Shown: positions 1-11,470 of the stretch, piece by piece
How the letters are laid out: every line of letters begins with the position of its first letter
How positions within the stretch are numbered: the first letter of the stretch is position 1
Assembly: GCA_035545555.1 (NCBI GenBank)
Contig: DASZYD010000013.1
Location: 5,725 to 69,724 of the forward strand
Direction: 5' to 3'
Length of the DNA: 64,000 bases
DNA from: Candidatus Saccharimonadales bacterium
Lineage (GTDB): Bacteria > Patescibacteriota > Saccharimonadia > Saccharimonadales > UBA4665
Notes under the pieces: generated by a model
The model's database searches: none
Told to the model about the DNA's origin: nothing
What the model saw: the letters and a program-made list of their open reading frames with translations, nothing else
Position numbers and translations under genes: made by a program

Positions 1-2593
<2,593 letters not shown>

Positions 2594-2624
2594 GATGTCT
2601 CTTATTGTAGCAAACGATTGGCGC

Positions 2625-3515
2625 CTACGCGTGGCTGCCCATGCTGCGCAAGCGGGCAATGCGGTCGTCCAGTGGCGGGTGTGTGCTGAAGAGCCCGGCC
2701 AAGCTATGCGCTTTGAGCGGATTGGCGAAAAAGAGATGCGCGGTAGCAGTATTCTGCCGGCGCAAGGGACGGCCATAGGTCTTGAGCTTCTCCAGCGCGC
2801 TGATCAGCCCCTCGGGGTAGCGTGTCGTAAGCGCGCTCGTGGCGTCGGCCAGGTACTCGCGCTGACGCGAGATAGCGAGCTGGATCATCGTAGCTACGAT
2901 TGGTGCCAGGATAGCCGCCACAATACCGAGCAAGAGCATAACGGCAGCGGCATCCCCATCGCCCCGGCCGCGGCGACCACCCCTGAACCAGGTCAGCCGC
3001 AACATAACATCGGCAAACAGCGAGATGACGGCGGTCAGCGCGAACGCCACCATCGACACGCGGATATCGTAGTTTTTGACATGGCCGAGCTCGTGGGCAA
3101 AGACGCCCTGCAGTTCGTTATCATCCATGATGTCGAGCAAGCCGGTTGTCGCACAGACAGCGGCATCCTGCGGTTTGCGCCCGGTAGCGAATGCGTTGGG
3201 CGCCGGGTCATCCATGACATACACTTTTGGCATCGGCAGGCCGTCGGTAATAGCCAGGTTTTCAATGATACGCCAGAGGCGCGGGTTATCCTCTTTCTGA
3301 ATCTCGTGCGCTCCGTTTACCGCCAGCGCCAGGCGGCTGCCGGCAAAATAGGTGATAAGCGCATAGACCGCTGCGCCGATCAATACACCGTAAAACATGG
3401 TCGGCTGACCGCCAAGTGAGTAGTTGAACAGCCAGGCAATCGCACCCACGAACGCCACAAAGACGGCCATGATGATGACTGTCCGGCGTTTGTTGGCGGC
3501 GATGTCACTGTACAT
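2625..3515 (-). CDS. htpX: zinc metalloprotease HtpX (peptidase M48)
   Basis: 296 aa with N-terminal TM helices and the HELGHVKNYD zinc motif (HExxH). It has the typical HtpX length and the common LemA-HtpX adjacency. Confidence 0.9.
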   Translation of the reverse strand: MYSDIAANKRRTVIIMAVFVAFVGAIAWLFNYSLGGQPTMFYGVLIGAAVYALITYFAGSRLALAVNGAHEIQKEDNPRLWRIIENLAITDGLPMPKVYVMDDPAPNAFATGRKPQDAAVCATTGLLDIMDDNELQGVFAHELGHVKNYDIRVSMVAFALTAVISLFADVMLRLTWFRGGRRGRGDGDAAAVMLLLGIVAAILAPIVATMIQLAISRQREYLADATSALTTRYPEGLISALEKLKTYGRPLRRQNTATAHLFFANPLKAHSLAGLFSTHPPLDDRIARLRSMGSHA

Positions 3516-3553
3516 GACGGGTAGTACCCCTCACGCTGCTCCTAGCTGCTGAG

Positions 3554-4120
3554 CTAGAACTTAACCTCAACCGGCTGCTCGGCCTGGGCTTGTGCCGCTT
3601 CATCCAGCTCGAAGAACTCTTTGTCTTTGGTGAAGCCAAGCATACCGGCAAAAATGTTGGTCGGGAAAACTTTGCGCTTGGTGTTAAAGTCGCGCACGAC
3701 CCCGTTGTAGAAGCGGCGCGAGGCCATGACCTTGTCCTCGGTGTCTGTCAGCTGAGCCTGCAGCTGCTGGAAGTTTTCACTCGCCTTGAGCTGCGGGTAG
3801 TTCTCGGCAACCGCAAAGAGGCTTTTGAGCGTCTGGCTGAACTGGTTTTCGGCCTTTGCTGTTGCCGCGGGGCCCTGCGCCTGCATAGCCTGTGAGCGGG
3901 CCTTTGTCACGTCCTCAAATACGCTCTTTTCGTGGGTGGCATAACCCTTGACGGTGTTAACCAGGTTAGGAATAAGGTCATACCGTCGTTTGAGCTGGAC
4001 GGTGATGTCACTCCACGCCTCGTCTGCCTGCACGTTCAGGCGTACCAGGCCGTTGTACATAGCGACCACCAGGGCGGCCAATACCACCACGATGATAAGT
4101 ACGATAATAAGTGCGGTCAT
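3554..4120 (-). CDS. lemA: LemA family membrane protein
   Basis: 188 aa with one N-terminal TM helix followed by YNGLVRL...EAWSDITVQLKRRYDLIPNLV...ENYPQLKA, the LemA signature pattern. Confidence 0.88.
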   Translation of the reverse strand: MTALIIVLIIVVVLAALVVAMYNGLVRLNVQADEAWSDITVQLKRRYDLIPNLVNTVKGYATHEKSVFEDVTKARSQAMQAQGPAATAKAENQFSQTLKSLFAVAENYPQLKASENFQQLQAQLTDTEDKVMASRRFYNGVVRDFNTKRKVFPTNIFAGMLGFTKDKEFFELDEAAQAQAEQPVEVKF

Positions 4121-4165
4121 GCGAAATGTCTCCTTGTTTCTCTACGCATTATACAGCACCCTGCC

Positions 4166-5398
4166 ATGGGCGCTATGATATACATAATGGTAAAACATTC
4201 GCGTGTCCGTCGGACCCTGCTCAGCCTGCTGGTCGTATTGCTCTGCGGCAGCTACGTGGCATATACGCTGACCCAGCCGCTGGCAGCGCTGGCACCGCGC
4301 GTGACGTTTCGCGGCTCCCGGCCCGCCGCGGCTGTGGCGCTTGACTGGCCGGTCTACGGCGAGTCAGCGGTCGGCGCCGTTGGCTATGGTGTCCTGACGA
4401 CGCACGGCGCCGAAACTCCGCTGCCGACCGCAAGCACTATCAAGGTCCTGACGGCATTGGCAGTGCTGCAGCGACAACCACTTACATCTGGGCAGCAGGG
4501 ACCAGCCATCACTATTACGGCAGCCGATGTCGCATCGTACACTAAGTATGTCGCCGAGGATGGCTCGGTCGTTCGCGTTGTTGCCGGCGAGCAGTTGAGC
4601 GAATATCAGGCGCTACAGGCGCTGCTGTTGCCCTCTGCCAATAATATCGCCGAAACACTGGCCCGCTGGGCATTCGGCTCAATTGCCGCGTACACGACCT
4701 ACGCAAACACCTATGCCCGCCAGCTGGGTATGACGAGTACGGCCGTTACCGATCCAAGCGGATTTCTCTCCTCCACGACCAGCACGCCCCGCGACCTCAC
4801 ACTGCTCGGCGAAGCGGCACTGGCCAATCCGGTTCTTGCGGCGATTGTGGCTCAGCCAAGCGCGATCATACCGGTCCAAGGCACGATATATAACGTGAAC
4901 TTTCTGCTTGGGCAAGAAGGGCTCATCGGCATCAAGACCGGCAATAACGATGATGATCTGGGCTGTTTCCTGTTTGCGGCCACGCGGCCCGTTGGCAGCC
5001 GGTCGGTTACTATTGTAGGCGCCATTATGGACGCCCCGAATCTGAACACGGCATTAACCGATGCGCTGCCGCTCATCCGCAGCGCTGCTGGCAGCTTCAG
5101 TGATGTGACGGTTATCCGCGCCGGCGACCAGATCGGCACGTATCAGTCACCGTGGCAAGGCACCATCCGTGCCGTAGCCGCTAAGACACAATCAGCACTG
5201 CTATGGAACGGCGCGGCGCTGACCACTACCACCGTACTGCATACTGTCGATATCCCTGCCAAAAGCCAGCAGGCGGTCGGTACCCTGACAATTAAAAACG
5301 CCGCAACAAGCGGCGTTACAACAGTTCCGGTAGTACTTGCGCATGCCGCCGGCACTCCCGGCATCCTTTGGCGGCTCACGCATCCCTTCGATCTATAG
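4166..5398 (+). CDS. D-alanyl-D-alanine carboxypeptidase (serine peptidase S11, PBP5-like)
   Basis: Carries the SxxK motif (ASTIKVL), the SxN motif (PSANN) and the KTG motif (GIKTGN), with a signal or TM segment LLSLLVVLLCGSYVAY. The track ORF starts at 3932 but overlaps lemA. Plausible starts are ATG 4166, 4175 or 4187. Confidence 0.85.
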   Translation: MGAMIYIMVKHSRVRRTLLSLLVVLLCGSYVAYTLTQPLAALAPRVTFRGSRPAAAVALDWPVYGESAVGAVGYGVLTTHGAETPLPTASTIKVLTALAVLQRQPLTSGQQGPAITITAADVASYTKYVAEDGSVVRVVAGEQLSEYQALQALLLPSANNIAETLARWAFGSIAAYTTYANTYARQLGMTSTAVTDPSGFLSSTTSTPRDLTLLGEAALANPVLAAIVAQPSAIIPVQGTIYNVNFLLGQEGLIGIKTGNNDDDLGCFLFAATRPVGSRSVTIVGAIMDAPNLNTALTDALPLIRSAAGSFSDVTVIRAGDQIGTYQSPWQGTIRAVAAKTQSALLWNGAALTTTTVLHTVDIPAKSQQAVGTLTIKNAATSGVTTVPVVLAHAAGTPGILWRLTHPFDL

Positions 5399-5402
5399 AT
5401 CT

Positions 5403-5478
5403 GGTGGGTTGTGAGGGGCTCGAACCCCCGACCTCCTCGGTGTAAACGAGGCGCTCTAGCCAACTGAGCTAACAACCC
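5403..5478 (-). tRNA. tRNA-Val (anticodon TAC), CCA encoded
   Basis: The reverse complement GGGTTGTTAGCTCAGTTGGCTAGAGCGCCTCGTTTACACCGAGGAGGTCGGGGGTTCGAGCCCCTCACAACCCACCA folds as a cloverleaf, with anticodon stem CCTCG/CGAGG and loop TTTACAC. Confidence 0.92.
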
Positions 5479-5490
5479 TTATACAGACTG

Positions 5491-5499
5491 AGTATACCA
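5491..5499 (-). promoter_or_regulatory. putative extended -10 element (TGGTATACT) for tRNA-Val
   Basis: On the minus strand TGgTATACT lies 12 nt upstream of the first tRNA base, in an AT-rich spacer between divergent tRNA genes. Confidence 0.4.
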
Positions 5500-5548
5500 C
5501 ATACCTCAGATCTATAAATTTAGGCGACTTCATTATATCTGATCCATA

Positions 5549-5557
5549 TGCTAAAAT
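5549..5557 (+). promoter_or_regulatory. putative extended -10 element (TGCTAAAAT) for tRNA-Leu
   Basis: TGcTAAAAT ends 10 nt upstream of tRNA position 1. Confidence 0.4.
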
Positions 5558-5567
5558 AGCAGTCGAT

Positions 5568-5652
5568 GCGCGGGTGCTGTAATCGGTAGCCAGGCTGGCT
5601 TGAGGTGCCAGTGTCGCAAGACGTGGAGGTTCAAGTCCTCTCCCGCGCACCA
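5568..5652 (+). tRNA. tRNA-Leu (anticodon GAG), long variable arm, CCA encoded
   Basis: The sequence is GCGCGGGTGCTGTAATCGGTAGCCAGGCTGGCTTGAGGTGCCAGTGTCGCAAGACGTGGAGGTTCAAGTCCTCTCCCGCGCACCA. The anticodon stem is CTGGC/GCCAG with loop TTGAGGT, and there is a class II variable arm. Confidence 0.9.
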
Positions 5653-5654
5653 AC

Positions 5655-5690
5655 AAAAGACTCTTTCTTTCGGGGTCTTTTATTTATTTT
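5655..5690 (+). terminator. Rho-independent terminator after tRNA-Leu
   Basis: The hairpin AAAGACTC-TTTCTTTC-GGGGTCTTT (one G-T wobble) is followed by TTTATTTATTTT. Confidence 0.6.
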
Positions 5691-5712
5691 ATCTTGATTA
5701 AGAATCGTCGTG

Positions 5713-7341
5713 CTAGTTACGCGGCAAGTGGTGGGCGAGGTGCGCCAGGCTATATTGCTGGCGCATCAGCGGCTTGATGTCATCAAGCTTCACACCGATT
5801 TTCACACCAGGGTTCAGTGTATGGTGCGGGTCAAAGATATCTTTCACCTTCCTGAAAAGACCATACGCTTCCGTACCGTATTGTTGCTCCAGATACGGGG
5901 CGCGAAGCCGGCCGTCGCCGTTCTCACCGCTGACAGTACCGCCCAGCGAGATGACAAGCCGGTGGTATTCGTCGAGCAGCCGGAAGGCCTTCTGACGGTC
6001 GCCGAGCTGGGCAACATCCAGATAGGGCTGGATGTGCACTTGCCCGTCGCCGGCATGGCCCCAGAGTGCTGCCGGCAGCCGGTTACGCTCCAGAATATCA
6101 TAGGTACCGACGATCAGGTCTTGCAGCTTCTCGGCGGGTACGGCGCCATCCAGCAACGGCAGCGCCCGCGCCGCTCCCTGACCATGTGCCAGGACCATTG
6201 CCGATGCTTCGCGCAGCCGCCAGAGTGCTGCCTGCCGCTCCGGATCAGTTTCGGTCCGCATGGTGGTGGTGTATTTGGCAAGTATTTTGGCAGCCTTGTG
6301 AGCAGTCTTTTTCTGGGAGCGGCCAGGCGTGTCGTACTCTACCAACAGGCTAAAAGCAGACAACGGCGCCTCCACCAGCCCGCGGAGCTGGCTCGGATTG
6401 AGCGTAGTGACCGCTGCGAGCAGGTTGCCGTCTACCACCTCCATGGCGCTCGGCGTATCGCCCTGGCGCAGTTCAAGTACAGCCGCCTGTAATGCCGGCA
6501 GATCGCGTATCCCGGCGACGAGCAAGGTTGTTTCAGGATTATATGGTTCTGTGTCGAGCGTAATTTCCGTAACGATACCTAGTGTTCCCTGGGAACCGAC
6601 AAACAACGGCGTAAGATCAAACGAGCCGTCTTTGTGCTTGATGTCCAGCAGGTCGTAGCCTGCCGTATCTTTCGTGACGTGCCGCTTCAAGCTATCTACA
6701 GTACTTTTGTGTTCTTCGAGCAAGGCGTCCAGCGAGCGGTAAATCTCGCCTTCAAAGGTTGCCGAGCCGAGCTTTTTACTCAGCTCACGCTTGCTGAGGC
6801 GCTCGGTCACTATCACCTCGCCGTTTGCCAGCACCACACGCAGCCCGCGGACATAGGCACGCGTGTCACCATACTTCAGGCTTTTCTCGCCGCCGGCATT
6901 ATTGGCCACGGCCCCGCCGATAGTCGAATACGCCGCAGAAGCAGGGTACGGCGGCAGGAAACGACCATGTGTCTCCAGTGTCTGTTGAAGCGTACCATAA
7001 TTGAGGCCTGGTTCAACCACCACCGTGCCGCTTTTGGCGTCGAGCTCCAGAATACGATTGAGGTGCGCCGGAAAGGCCATGATCATACCGCTGCCGATGG
7101 CCGCCCCGCTTTGGTCGGTGCCGGCACCACGCGCCGTAATCGGCACGATGCGGCCACGCTCGGCCAGCTGCCAGATAAAACGTGCGGCCTTGCGCACATC
7201 CTGTTCGCTGCGCGGGTATAGCACCAGCGAGGGCGTCAGTGTAAAGATACTGGCGTCGGCGGCGAAGGCATGGCGTATATCCGCCGACTCAATCACCTCG
7301 CCTGTTACATGTTGCTGCAAATACTGCCCGATTTTATTCAT
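5713..7341 (-). CDS. FAD-binding oxidoreductase (GlcD / D-lactate dehydrogenase-like, FAD-linked oxidase family)
   Basis: 542 aa with an N-terminal PCMH-type FAD-binding pattern (VLYPRSEQDV...PITARGAGTDQSGAA) and the C-terminal FAD-oxidase_C pattern (GGTVSGENGDGRLRAPY...K..FDP...LNPG). Confidence 0.85.
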   Translation of the reverse strand: MNKIGQYLQQHVTGEVIESADIRHAFAADASIFTLTPSLVLYPRSEQDVRKAARFIWQLAERGRIVPITARGAGTDQSGAAIGSGMIMAFPAHLNRILELDAKSGTVVVEPGLNYGTLQQTLETHGRFLPPYPASAAYSTIGGAVANNAGGEKSLKYGDTRAYVRGLRVVLANGEVIVTERLSKRELSKKLGSATFEGEIYRSLDALLEEHKSTVDSLKRHVTKDTAGYDLLDIKHKDGSFDLTPLFVGSQGTLGIVTEITLDTEPYNPETTLLVAGIRDLPALQAAVLELRQGDTPSAMEVVDGNLLAAVTTLNPSQLRGLVEAPLSAFSLLVEYDTPGRSQKKTAHKAAKILAKYTTTMRTETDPERQAALWRLREASAMVLAHGQGAARALPLLDGAVPAEKLQDLIVGTYDILERNRLPAALWGHAGDGQVHIQPYLDVAQLGDRQKAFRLLDEYHRLVISLGGTVSGENGDGRLRAPYLEQQYGTEAYGLFRKVKDIFDPHHTLNPGVKIGVKLDDIKPLMRQQYSLAHLAHHLPRN

Positions 7342-7425
7342 GCTCTGCTGCCTCTACCCTGCCGGGCATCATAATTCCGTATGTATCATAGCATAGTTAC
7401 TTATGCTTAGGGGCTGTCAGACGGC

Positions 7426-8595
7426 CTACGGTTCTTTCGGCCGGAGTGCCTCTGCAACCTCCGCTAAGAACGCAGCTTCCGCCTGTAGTTGCTCTTCGGA
7501 AGTGATTGGTTTGCGGCGAATTGCCACCCGTGGCGGTATCTCCGGCCGGTCGTCGGTTGCCGGGACTGGCGGCAATGTATCTACCCTGAAGTCGCCTATG
7601 CGGCCACGTTGCTCCAGCAGCTCACGAACGCGTGCTTCAGGTATATTGTGCATACGTAACTCAACAGCATAGGCTCCCGGCAGATTGCGTGTGCCGTAGG
7701 TTAGCTCCTCTAGTATTTGTCCCATGAGCTCCTGAGGGTTATCGGGGTATGTTACCTCGAATCCTCCCCAAAGATGGACGGGCCTCGTATAGTCACCGAA
7801 AATGTCGTTGTCGGTCTTGCGGTTGAAGTAAGTGTACTGCTCCAGCCGGCGCCGGACGACCGCAGCGATATCGGTGCCCGGATCATCTTGCGCAACCCGC
7901 TCGGCTTGCGCGATCCAGCGGGGGTTGCTCAGGTCTACGGCAAGCGCGCGGCGGTGGAGCTCCTCGGTTATAGTGGGCTCGGACAGTTTCGCCAGACGCG
8001 TTTCGGCCTGCGCGGCTGCCAGCTGCAGCAATTTCTGATAAGAGACGTTGGCTTTGACGTGCTTATCCATACGCAGGATCGGCCCGTTCGGCCCCTGTAC
8101 GCGCTGGACAAGACCGAATTTCTGCCCAGCCGCCAGTGAGAACATGGCCCCCGTCGTGTCAGTGATATCCATCGTAATGACATTCGGCCGCAGCGCCAGC
8201 AGTTGCTGGACCATCCGCGTTTCGAGCAGCGTTGCCAGGCCGAGCCCGCGCACATCGGGTGAGACATAGACCATGCCGATATTGGCACGGACTTGCTTGC
8301 CTGCTTGCATCGCACCTGACAGCCCATAGCCGACGAGGTGGTCGTCTACGAATAAACCTTCCTGCTTGTACCCAATCGGCAAGGCTTCTCGGGCTACATT
8401 GGTCACCGCCGCGACACTGTCGCTATCGCGCTGCTGCATCCATGTCAGTTCACCATCGGAAATAGCACGGAACGTGATGCCAATCGCCTGCAAACGCTCT
8501 TCAAATGAAGGGCGCTGCTCTTGCGCCAATCCATCAGCTGGTGGCAGCGTTTCTCCTGCCATGCCTACTCCTGCGCCTTTGCACGTGGCGTACAC
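7426..8595 (-). CDS. hypothetical protein with N-terminal GNAT-like acetyltransferase domain and unknown C-terminal half
   Basis: Carries a GNAT motif-A-like segment, GMVYVSPDVRGLGLATLLETRMV. The C-terminal ~200 aa matches no family I recognise. The start may instead be Met12 at 8562. Confidence 0.55.
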   Translation of the reverse strand: MYATCKGAGVGMAGETLPPADGLAQEQRPSFEERLQAIGITFRAISDGELTWMQQRDSDSVAAVTNVAREALPIGYKQEGLFVDDHLVGYGLSGAMQAGKQVRANIGMVYVSPDVRGLGLATLLETRMVQQLLALRPNVITMDITDTTGAMFSLAAGQKFGLVQRVQGPNGPILRMDKHVKANVSYQKLLQLAAAQAETRLAKLSEPTITEELHRRALAVDLSNPRWIAQAERVAQDDPGTDIAAVVRRRLEQYTYFNRKTDNDIFGDYTRPVHLWGGFEVTYPDNPQELMGQILEELTYGTRNLPGAYAVELRMHNIPEARVRELLEQRGRIGDFRVDTLPPVPATDDRPEIPPRVAIRRKPITSEEQLQAEAAFLAEVAEALRPKEP

Positions 8596-8794
8596 ATACT
8601 ACCTACAACAGATTCTAGCCATCGCCGCATATAATGCAATACCAATCAAAGAGCCCAGCTACCCACTAGGCTCTTTGATTGGTGCAGTATAAAGGACGAT
8701 TATAGAACTTTGGTTGGTCTCTCATCTGTTGATTCTGTAGAAAAGTACGGCGAGCATGATGAGACTGACGACCGTACGCTTTAGCACGAACCTG

Positions 8795-8823
8795 TTGACA
8801 TGACCTATCTTAATGTATATACT
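8795..8823 (+). promoter_or_regulatory. sigma70-type promoter of mazEF (TTGACA-17 nt-TATACT) overlapping the palindrome GTATATAC..GTATAC
   Basis: The -35 is a perfect consensus at 8795-8800, followed by a 17-nt spacer and TATACT at 8818-8823. An AAGGAG RBS lies 8 nt before ATG 8845. The palindromic sequence is a plausible antitoxin operator. Confidence 0.5.
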
Positions 8824-8844
8824 TGTATACACAAGGAGTTAACC

Positions 8845-9096
8845 ATGAACATCATGTTATCGCTACAAAAATGGGGAAATGGCACGGGCGTACGCATACC
8901 TAAAAAAGTAGTACAAGCAGCAAAGCTGCAATTAAATCAGCCCTTAAATATAACCCTTCAGAATAATTCAATAATTCTGACCCCAATCGCGGACAACGAT
9001 CTTACGCTTGAGTCAATGCTGCAAGGCGTAACGCCAGATCAAATTAACGGCGAGGTCGATTGGAGTGCAGATATCGGTGTAGAGAAATATGAGTAG
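8845..9096 (+). CDS. mazE: type II antitoxin MazE (AbrB/SpoVT-fold)
   Basis: MNIMLSLQKWGNGTGVRIPKKVVQAAKL...ITL..NSIILTPI is the classic MazE/AbrB looped-hinge-helix pattern. The gene overlaps mazF by 8 nt. The track ORF start at 8800 was trimmed to the RBS-preceded ATG. Confidence 0.85.
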   Translation: MNIMLSLQKWGNGTGVRIPKKVVQAAKLQLNQPLNITLQNNSIILTPIADNDLTLESMLQGVTPDQINGEVDWSADIGVEKYE

Positions 9097-9427
9097 AGAC
9101 CCATATATACCTGACAGAGGTGATATTATTTGGTTGGTACTCGATCCACGCGTTGGCCATGAGCAGTCAGGACGAAGGCCGGCAATTGTCTTGAGCGAGC
9201 GCTATTTTACAGAGCACACTCAATTGGCGGTCATATGCCCCATAACTTCAAAAGTAAAGGGACTACCATTTGAAATAGTCATTAAAACGGAAAATATCGA
9301 TGGAGCAATTCTACCGATACATATTCGAAGTGTTGATGTGATGGCGAGAAAAGCAAAATTTATAGAGCATGCATCTGAGGCAATCATCGCTAAAACAAGC
9401 AAGGCTACCGAATTGATAATGAGCTAA
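9089..9427 (+). CDS. mazF: type II toxin MazF/PemK endoribonuclease
   Basis: 112 aa reading PDRGDIIWLVLDPRVGHEQSGRRPAIVLS...AVICPITSKVKGLPFEIV, the PemK/MazF signature. Confidence 0.88.
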   Translation: MSRDPYIPDRGDIIWLVLDPRVGHEQSGRRPAIVLSERYFTEHTQLAVICPITSKVKGLPFEIVIKTENIDGAILPIHIRSVDVMARKAKFIEHASEAIIAKTSKATELIMS

Positions 9428-9492
9428 TGTGAGTGATGGCCCGAACGCCCTCGAGCACCGTTATAGTTTGGTTGAAATAGTTGAATTCAGTT

Positions 9493-9579
9493 TGGTGCGC
9501 GAGAGAGGACTTGAACCTCCACGAGTGTAACCTCACTAGTACCTGAAACTAGCGCGTCTACCAATTCCGCCACTCGCGC
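9493..9579 (-). tRNA. tRNA-Leu (anticodon CAG), long variable arm, CCA encoded
   Basis: The reverse complement is GCGCGAGTGGCGGAATTGGTAGACGCGCTAGTTTCAGGTACTAGTGAGGTTACACTCGTGGAGGTTCAAGTCCTCTCTCGCGCACCA. The anticodon stem is CTAGT/ACTAG with loop TTCAGGT. Confidence 0.9.
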
Positions 9580-9636
9580 GTAACCTGTTGGAATCGCCAA
9601 AGAACTACCATATCGTATCTGTTTTTGGCAAAAAAC

Positions 9637-11451
9637 TCAAGAGGGGAGACGGCGGGTAACCCAAGCCGTATGGATCATCCAGTTTTGGACATTGGTGAAG
9701 CGGTCGGCGTCGGTGTTGATCTGCTCTTTGCCAAGGCCATAGACGTGTACATGCGAGATATAGACGAAACGCGGCTGGTAAAGGCCAAGCGCCGGCGCGT
9801 CCTGCTGCCAGGCTTGCAGGAACGGCTGGTACTTGATGGCGCGCAGTGCATCGCCCAGGCGCGTCCGGCCGGCCTCTAGCGAAGCGTCTGCCACATCCGA
9901 TGTGTAGCTGGAGAAGTTAAGCTGCGTCGCGGAGCGGACATCGGCCTGCGAACTGTCCCAGTAGACAAATACATCCGGGTCTACGCCGATGGAGATGCCG
10001 TCCACGATGGCGTCGTACGGCCGTACCGATGTCGAGGCTGAACCGGCCGGCGAAAGAGCGGCCTGAAAATCAGCCGGCTGCTGGAGGTTGAGCGTAACGC
10101 CTATGCCGATTGCCCGCCACTGGGCGCGCAGCCGCTGCGCGACACCTTTAAACTCCGGGTCGTTGACGGCAGTCAGCGTAAAGCTGAGCGGCTGCCCGTC
10201 CTTGGTGCGCACCTCGCCAGCGCCGAGCTTCCAGCCATCGGCATCGAGCAGCGCCGCCGCCTGAGCGGCCTGGCCGGTGACCTGGGCATAGGCCGGATTA
10301 TAACCAAGCTGGCCATGCAGCAGCGGCTCATCAACAGGGATAGCGCTATAACCAAGGCCGGCCAGGATCGCAGAGCGATTAGCCGCCAGCACTAAGGCCT
10401 GGCGTACCTTGGCATCTTGCAGAACAGCTTGCTTGGTATTGAAAAAGACGTACGTGCCGGCAGTGAGCGGCAGGTTATAGACATGCGACGAACGGTCTTT
10501 GGCGATATCGGCCGGTACGGTCGAGAGGCCGGCAGCGGCCGTCACTTGCCGGTTGCGGTACGCGCTCAGGAGCGCCCCCTGGCTGGCAAAGGCATCAATA
10601 CTGAAGCTGCTCAGGCGCGGCGATCCGGCCCAGTACTGCCGGAACGGCACCAGGGTTATCTGCTGCTCGGCCGCGTCACCCACGCCGCTTACCCCAATCG
10701 CACTCCAGCGGAACGGCCCGGCGCCTACGGGGCTGGTCGTGTTAAAAGCTACCGACCGCAGGTCAACTGCCGGCACAGCTTGCAGCAAGTGTCTCGGCAC
10801 GATGCCGTTCGTAAGGCTATACGGGAATGAGCTGAGCGGATTGGGTAAGGTGAAACTGACCGTTTGGGCGTCTAACTTCTGTACGGTCACCCCCTGCCAG
10901 CTGCTGAAGAGCGGCGACTGAGCATCGGCATTTTGGATGGTGTGGTAGGTAAAAAGGACGTCATCGGCCGTCAGCGGCTTGCCGTCCTGCCATGTCAGTG
11001 CACTGCGCAGGTGGATGGTGTAAACGGTGCCGTCATCATTGACATTCCAGCGGTCGGCCAGGTCGCCCACCAAATGGTTTTGGTTATCGTACGTCAGTAA
11101 GCTGGCAAAGACCAGCCGTGATACGGTCGTATCAACATCACTGACGGCATAAAGCGGGTTGGCGGTAGTGAATGAGCCCTCGACCCCTTCGGTATACATG
11201 CCGCCCGGGGCCGGCTGCAGGACCTGGTAATATTGCTTCAGCGCCGACAGCTGCACGCTCAGCATACCGGCAATTACCACGAACAGGAGCGTCCAGCCGG
11301 CCACCAGCCGCCACACCAGCCGGAGCTTGCCCAGGCGCGCAAAAAAATGCTTGTCTACCTGGCTGCTGCCCTCTTGGAGCAACTCACCGGTGCGCCGCAC
11401 CCGCCGGCGCACCAGGCGGCGGAAACGGAACTTGAGCGGAGAGGTGGCCAT
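9637..11451 (-). CDS. ABC transporter substrate-binding protein, family 5 (peptide/nickel type), N-terminally TM-anchored
   Basis: 604 aa with the TM segment WTLLFVVIAGMLSV, then the SBP_bac_5 pattern (LLTYDNQNHLVGDLADRWNVNDDGTVYTIHLRSALTWQDGKPLTADDVLFTY). Confidence 0.8.
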   Translation of the reverse strand: MATSPLKFRFRRLVRRRVRRTGELLQEGSSQVDKHFFARLGKLRLVWRLVAGWTLLFVVIAGMLSVQLSALKQYYQVLQPAPGGMYTEGVEGSFTTANPLYAVSDVDTTVSRLVFASLLTYDNQNHLVGDLADRWNVNDDGTVYTIHLRSALTWQDGKPLTADDVLFTYHTIQNADAQSPLFSSWQGVTVQKLDAQTVSFTLPNPLSSFPYSLTNGIVPRHLLQAVPAVDLRSVAFNTTSPVGAGPFRWSAIGVSGVGDAAEQQITLVPFRQYWAGSPRLSSFSIDAFASQGALLSAYRNRQVTAAAGLSTVPADIAKDRSSHVYNLPLTAGTYVFFNTKQAVLQDAKVRQALVLAANRSAILAGLGYSAIPVDEPLLHGQLGYNPAYAQVTGQAAQAAALLDADGWKLGAGEVRTKDGQPLSFTLTAVNDPEFKGVAQRLRAQWRAIGIGVTLNLQQPADFQAALSPAGSASTSVRPYDAIVDGISIGVDPDVFVYWDSSQADVRSATQLNFSSYTSDVADASLEAGRTRLGDALRAIKYQPFLQAWQQDAPALGLYQPRFVYISHVHVYGLGKEQINTDADRFTNVQNWMIHTAWVTRRLPS

Positions 11452-11470
11452 AATTTCCGTTGGTTGGCGG

